Origin: Candidatus Poseidoniia archaeon
GTDB lineage: Archaea; Thermoplasmatota; Poseidoniia; MGIII; CG-Epi1
NCBI GenBank assembly: GCA_034399455.1
Contig: DASCSW010000001.1
Coordinates: 1 to 47,667 of the forward strand
Length of the DNA: 47,667 nt
Direction of reading: 5' to 3'
The position numbers and the translations under genes were made by a program. The notes beneath the pieces were generated by a model. The model saw only the letters and a program-made list of their open reading frames with translations. It did not search any database and had not been told where the DNA came from. Position 1 is the first letter of the stretch. Every line of letters starts with the position of its first letter. Positions 45,773-47,667 of this stretch are shown here, piece after piece.

Positions 45773-45848
45773 GCAGGCGTGGTCTAGTCTGGTATGACTA
45801 GGGGTTTCCAACCCCTCAACCTGGGTTCAAATCCCGGCGCCTGCACCA
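45773..45848 (+). tRNA. tRNA-Gly (anticodon UCC), CCA encoded
   Basis: Hand-folded cloverleaf: GCAGGCG TG GTCT AGTCTGGTA TGAC T AGGGG TTTCCAA CCCCT CAAC CTGGG TTCAAAT CCCGG CGCCTGC A CCA. The acceptor, anticodon and T stems pair fully, and the D stem has 3 bp. It starts on the nucleotide after the TAA of the upstream CDS. Confidence 0.9.
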
Positions 45849-45864
45849 AATCATGGTAAAGAAT

Positions 45865-45872
45865 TTATAATA
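45865..45872 (+). promoter_or_regulatory. Candidate TATA box for the PKD-domain lipoprotein gene
   Basis: The element tttataat is preceded by a purine-rich BRE-like aaagaa. It lies 21-28 nt upstream of the ATG at 45893, spacing that fits a leaderless transcript. Confidence 0.4.
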
Positions 45873-45892
45873 GCGTACAGAATTTAGACTAT

Positions 45893-46972
45893 ATGAGATA
45901 CCTGTCTGTAATAATTACTGGACTTTTGATTTTTTCAGGATGTCTAGATTTTTTTGAAGATGAAAAAGAAAATAAAGCTCCAACGGCAATTATCAAAATT
46001 GAAGGAAATTCGCCGTTTGAACCAGATACGGACATAATTTTTACAGGCAAAGGAAGCAGTGACCCTGAAAATGATTATTTGGAATATTATTGGGATTTTG
46101 ATGCTGCAGACGGATACAATGATAATAAAATTGGAGATATGAGTAATAGTGGACGAATCATACATTCTTATTCAGATGAAAGAACCTATACTGTTACGCT
46201 AACTGTTAGTGACGGCGATAAAACTGGAACTATCACGGCAAAAATAAAAATAGAAAAGCCATCTAGTGAAATAAGAGCTATAGTTACAACAAATGATGAT
46301 ACAGAATCAACTATGAATGGTGATGAACAAATTAGCTATACTTTTTCAGCTTCTGATTCAATCTCTGAAAGCCAAATTACCAAATATGAATGGGATTTTT
46401 CTTATGATTCTGCAGATGGATTCGTTACTGAAAAAGAAACTTCGGGATCTGAAATAACTCAAGATTTTGATTCGGGACTTTATACTGTTAAAGTTAGAAT
46501 TACAAATGAAATGGGAGAATCAGATGAAGCTAGTTATTCTGATGATGTTGAGTTAAAAATAAATTATGATTATAGTACTACAAGAACTATTGATTCAGGA
46601 CAACAAGAACATCTGGTCCAATTATATGGACTTCCTGCTCGATTTATCAGAGCAACTCTCGAATATGAAACCAGTTCATTACATGATGACGACTTAGATG
46701 TATATTTGTACAACCATACTCAAGATAGAAATCCCGATCAGGATGAAGGGAATAATCAAGATGAAGAATGTAATGGGTGCGTAGCCAAAAACTACACACA
46801 CGACACCAGTAATAATGAACAAATTAATGCTATTGAGATGGATTACTACAACAGTACACATCGATCTTGGTTTGATGAAAGACATGAATTAGGTGATTGG
46901 TTTATTGTAGTAGATCATGAAAGAGGAAATGCAGATTACACGATAAGAATAGAAGTCATATATTGGGAATGA
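45893..46972 (+). CDS. Secreted, probably lipid-anchored protein with two PKD-like domains and a C-terminal pre-peptidase (PPC)-like beta domain
   Basis: The 359-aa product has a signal peptide with a lipobox-like LIFSGC. Two PKD signatures are present (GSSDPENDYLEYYWDFDAADG...YTVTLTVSDGD and YEWDFSYDSADG...YTVKVRITNE). The C-terminal segment DDDLDVYLYN...GDWFIVVDHERGNADYTIRIEV is PPC-like. Confidence 0.7.
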   Translation: MRYLSVIITGLLIFSGCLDFFEDEKENKAPTAIIKIEGNSPFEPDTDIIFTGKGSSDPENDYLEYYWDFDAADGYNDNKIGDMSNSGRIIHSYSDERTYTVTLTVSDGDKTGTITAKIKIEKPSSEIRAIVTTNDDTESTMNGDEQISYTFSASDSISESQITKYEWDFSYDSADGFVTEKETSGSEITQDFDSGLYTVKVRITNEMGESDEASYSDDVELKINYDYSTTRTIDSGQQEHLVQLYGLPARFIRATLEYETSSLHDDDLDVYLYNHTQDRNPDQDEGNNQDEECNGCVAKNYTHDTSNNEQINAIEMDYYNSTHRSWFDERHELGDWFIVVDHERGNADYTIRIEVIYWE

Positions 46973-46985
46973 ACTGAGATAACTT

Positions 46986-47264
46986 GTGTTCGACGTTGTA
47001 AATCCGTGTAAAAGTTGTAAAGCATATGTCCTTATGCCTAAAGAAAAATTAAAGCTAGATTTGGAAAATTTAAAAAACATATTAGAAAAAGTTCAGTTTA
47101 AAACTAAAGCATACACCGGTTCCTTATTATCTACTGAGAAAGGATGTAAAATTAATATTTATCTTTCTGGAAAGATAGTTATCATTACACGGAATAAAGA
47201 ACAATTTACTGAGCTTAAAGAAGAATTGAGTAATATTTTATACGCATATACTAAGGCAGATTAA
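46986..47264 (+). CDS. Small hypothetical protein, possibly a single TBP-like / RNase HIII N-terminal-like fold
   Basis: The 92-aa ORF has a GTG start, with an internal ATG at codon 17. The segment KGCKINIYLSGKIVIITRNKEQFTELKEEL resembles the x-I-x-x-Y/F-x-SGK-hydrophobic pattern of TBP repeats and the RNase HIII N-terminal domain. The evidence is weak. Confidence 0.35.
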   Translation: MFDVVNPCKSCKAYVLMPKEKLKLDLENLKNILEKVQFKTKAYTGSLLSTEKGCKINIYLSGKIVIITRNKEQFTELKEELSNILYAYTKAD

Positions 47265-47282
47265 CAAAAAGGTGACAACAAA

Positions 47283-47667
47283 TTGGAAAGTGAACCATTC
47301 GTATCAATTGTCATCCCAACAACAGGGAAAATCAAATTTATAAGAGGGTTGGTAAAAAGTGTCATAGAATTAGATTACCCAAAAGAAAAATTTGAACTTA
47401 TACTTCTTGGAGATGAACCAACAGATTTAATGGAAAAACATTCAACCATTGCAAAAGAAGCTGGTATCAATACAATTGTAGAATACTTACCTGTTGCAGC
47501 AGGAGAAAAAAGAAATATCGGTTCTGAAAAAGCTAAAGGTTCATTAATTGCATTTACTGACGATGACACTATCCTTAGAAATGATTGGATTAAGAATAGC
47601 ATAAGGCATTTAATAGAAAATGAAAACTATGTAGGAGTTGGAGGACCTAATTACACACCTAAAGAAG
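47283..47667 (+). CDS. Family 2 glycosyltransferase, N-terminal 128 aa; the CDS runs off the right edge
   Basis: My own translation reads (L/M)ESEPFVSIVIPTTGKIKFIRGLVKSVIELDYPKEKFELILLGDEP...GEKRNIGSEKAKGSLIAFTDDDTILRNDW. This is the GT-A N-terminus (VSIVIPT) with the DxD-type motif (TDDD). TTG at 47283 is the first possible start after the in-frame stop at 47262. Confidence 0.75.
   Translation, partial: MESEPFVSIVIPTTGKIKFIRGLVKSVIELDYPKEKFELILLGDEPTDLMEKHSTIAKEAGINTIVEYLPVAAGEKRNIGSEKAKGSLIAFTDDDTILRNDWIKNSIRHLIENENYVGVGGPNYTPKE

Noticed and set aside
47375-47602. 75-aa minus-strand ORF near the right edge.
   Set aside because: It is antisense to the plus-strand frame that carries clear GT2 motifs (VSIVIPT, TDDD).
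1-47667. Scan for CRISPR arrays, transposases or integrases, prophage genes, rRNA genes, toxin-antitoxin pairs and long non-coding gaps.
   Set aside because: No direct-repeat/spacer periodicity was seen. No DDE or tyrosine/serine recombinase motifs appear in any ORF. No intergenic gap exceeds about 155 nt. The two tRNAs show no flanking attachment-site duplication. I therefore have no basis to call a mobile element or defence island here.

Overview
This is a compact, low-GC archaeal chromosomal window with about 43 protein genes and 2 tRNAs, almost no intergenic space, and many 1-10 nt gene overlaps. Archaeal identity rests on ribosomal proteins eS19, eL39 and eL31, aIF6, deoxyhypusine synthase, Top6B, fibrillarin, TrmY and an archaeal-type AlaRS. 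Bacterial-type gyrase A, PurH and a type IA topoisomerase are also present, which fits a marine planktonic Thermoplasmatota-like euryarchaeon (Marine Group II/III style); that placement is inference only. Most content is housekeeping: translation, topoisomerases, tRNA/rRNA modification, purine, amino-acid and nucleotide-sugar metabolism. I found no CRISPR array, transposase, integrase or rRNA. Nothing here reads as an obvious new multi-gene system. The items most worth follow-up are listed below.
- A compositionally atypical, full-length homolog of the eukaryotic sterol delta-24 reductase (DHCR24/DWF1).
- A deoxyhypusine synthase translationally coupled to a DDAH/amidinotransferase-fold enzyme, inside a gyrA operon.
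- GyrA ending in a Cys4 zinc ribbon.
- A 1787-aa Lhr helicase with a bacterial-style winged-helix/AlkZ-like C-terminal half.
- A thiamine salvage and regulation locus: thiamine pyrophosphokinase, an SSS transporter and a ThiR-like HTH-ThiN protein.
- An uncharacterised Zn-ribbon plus polytopic-membrane module coupled to purH.
- A receptor-like acidic surface protein with a proline-rich cytoplasmic tail and a tRNA starting directly after its stop codon.

All family assignments come from reading the translations against remembered family motifs. No database search was run.
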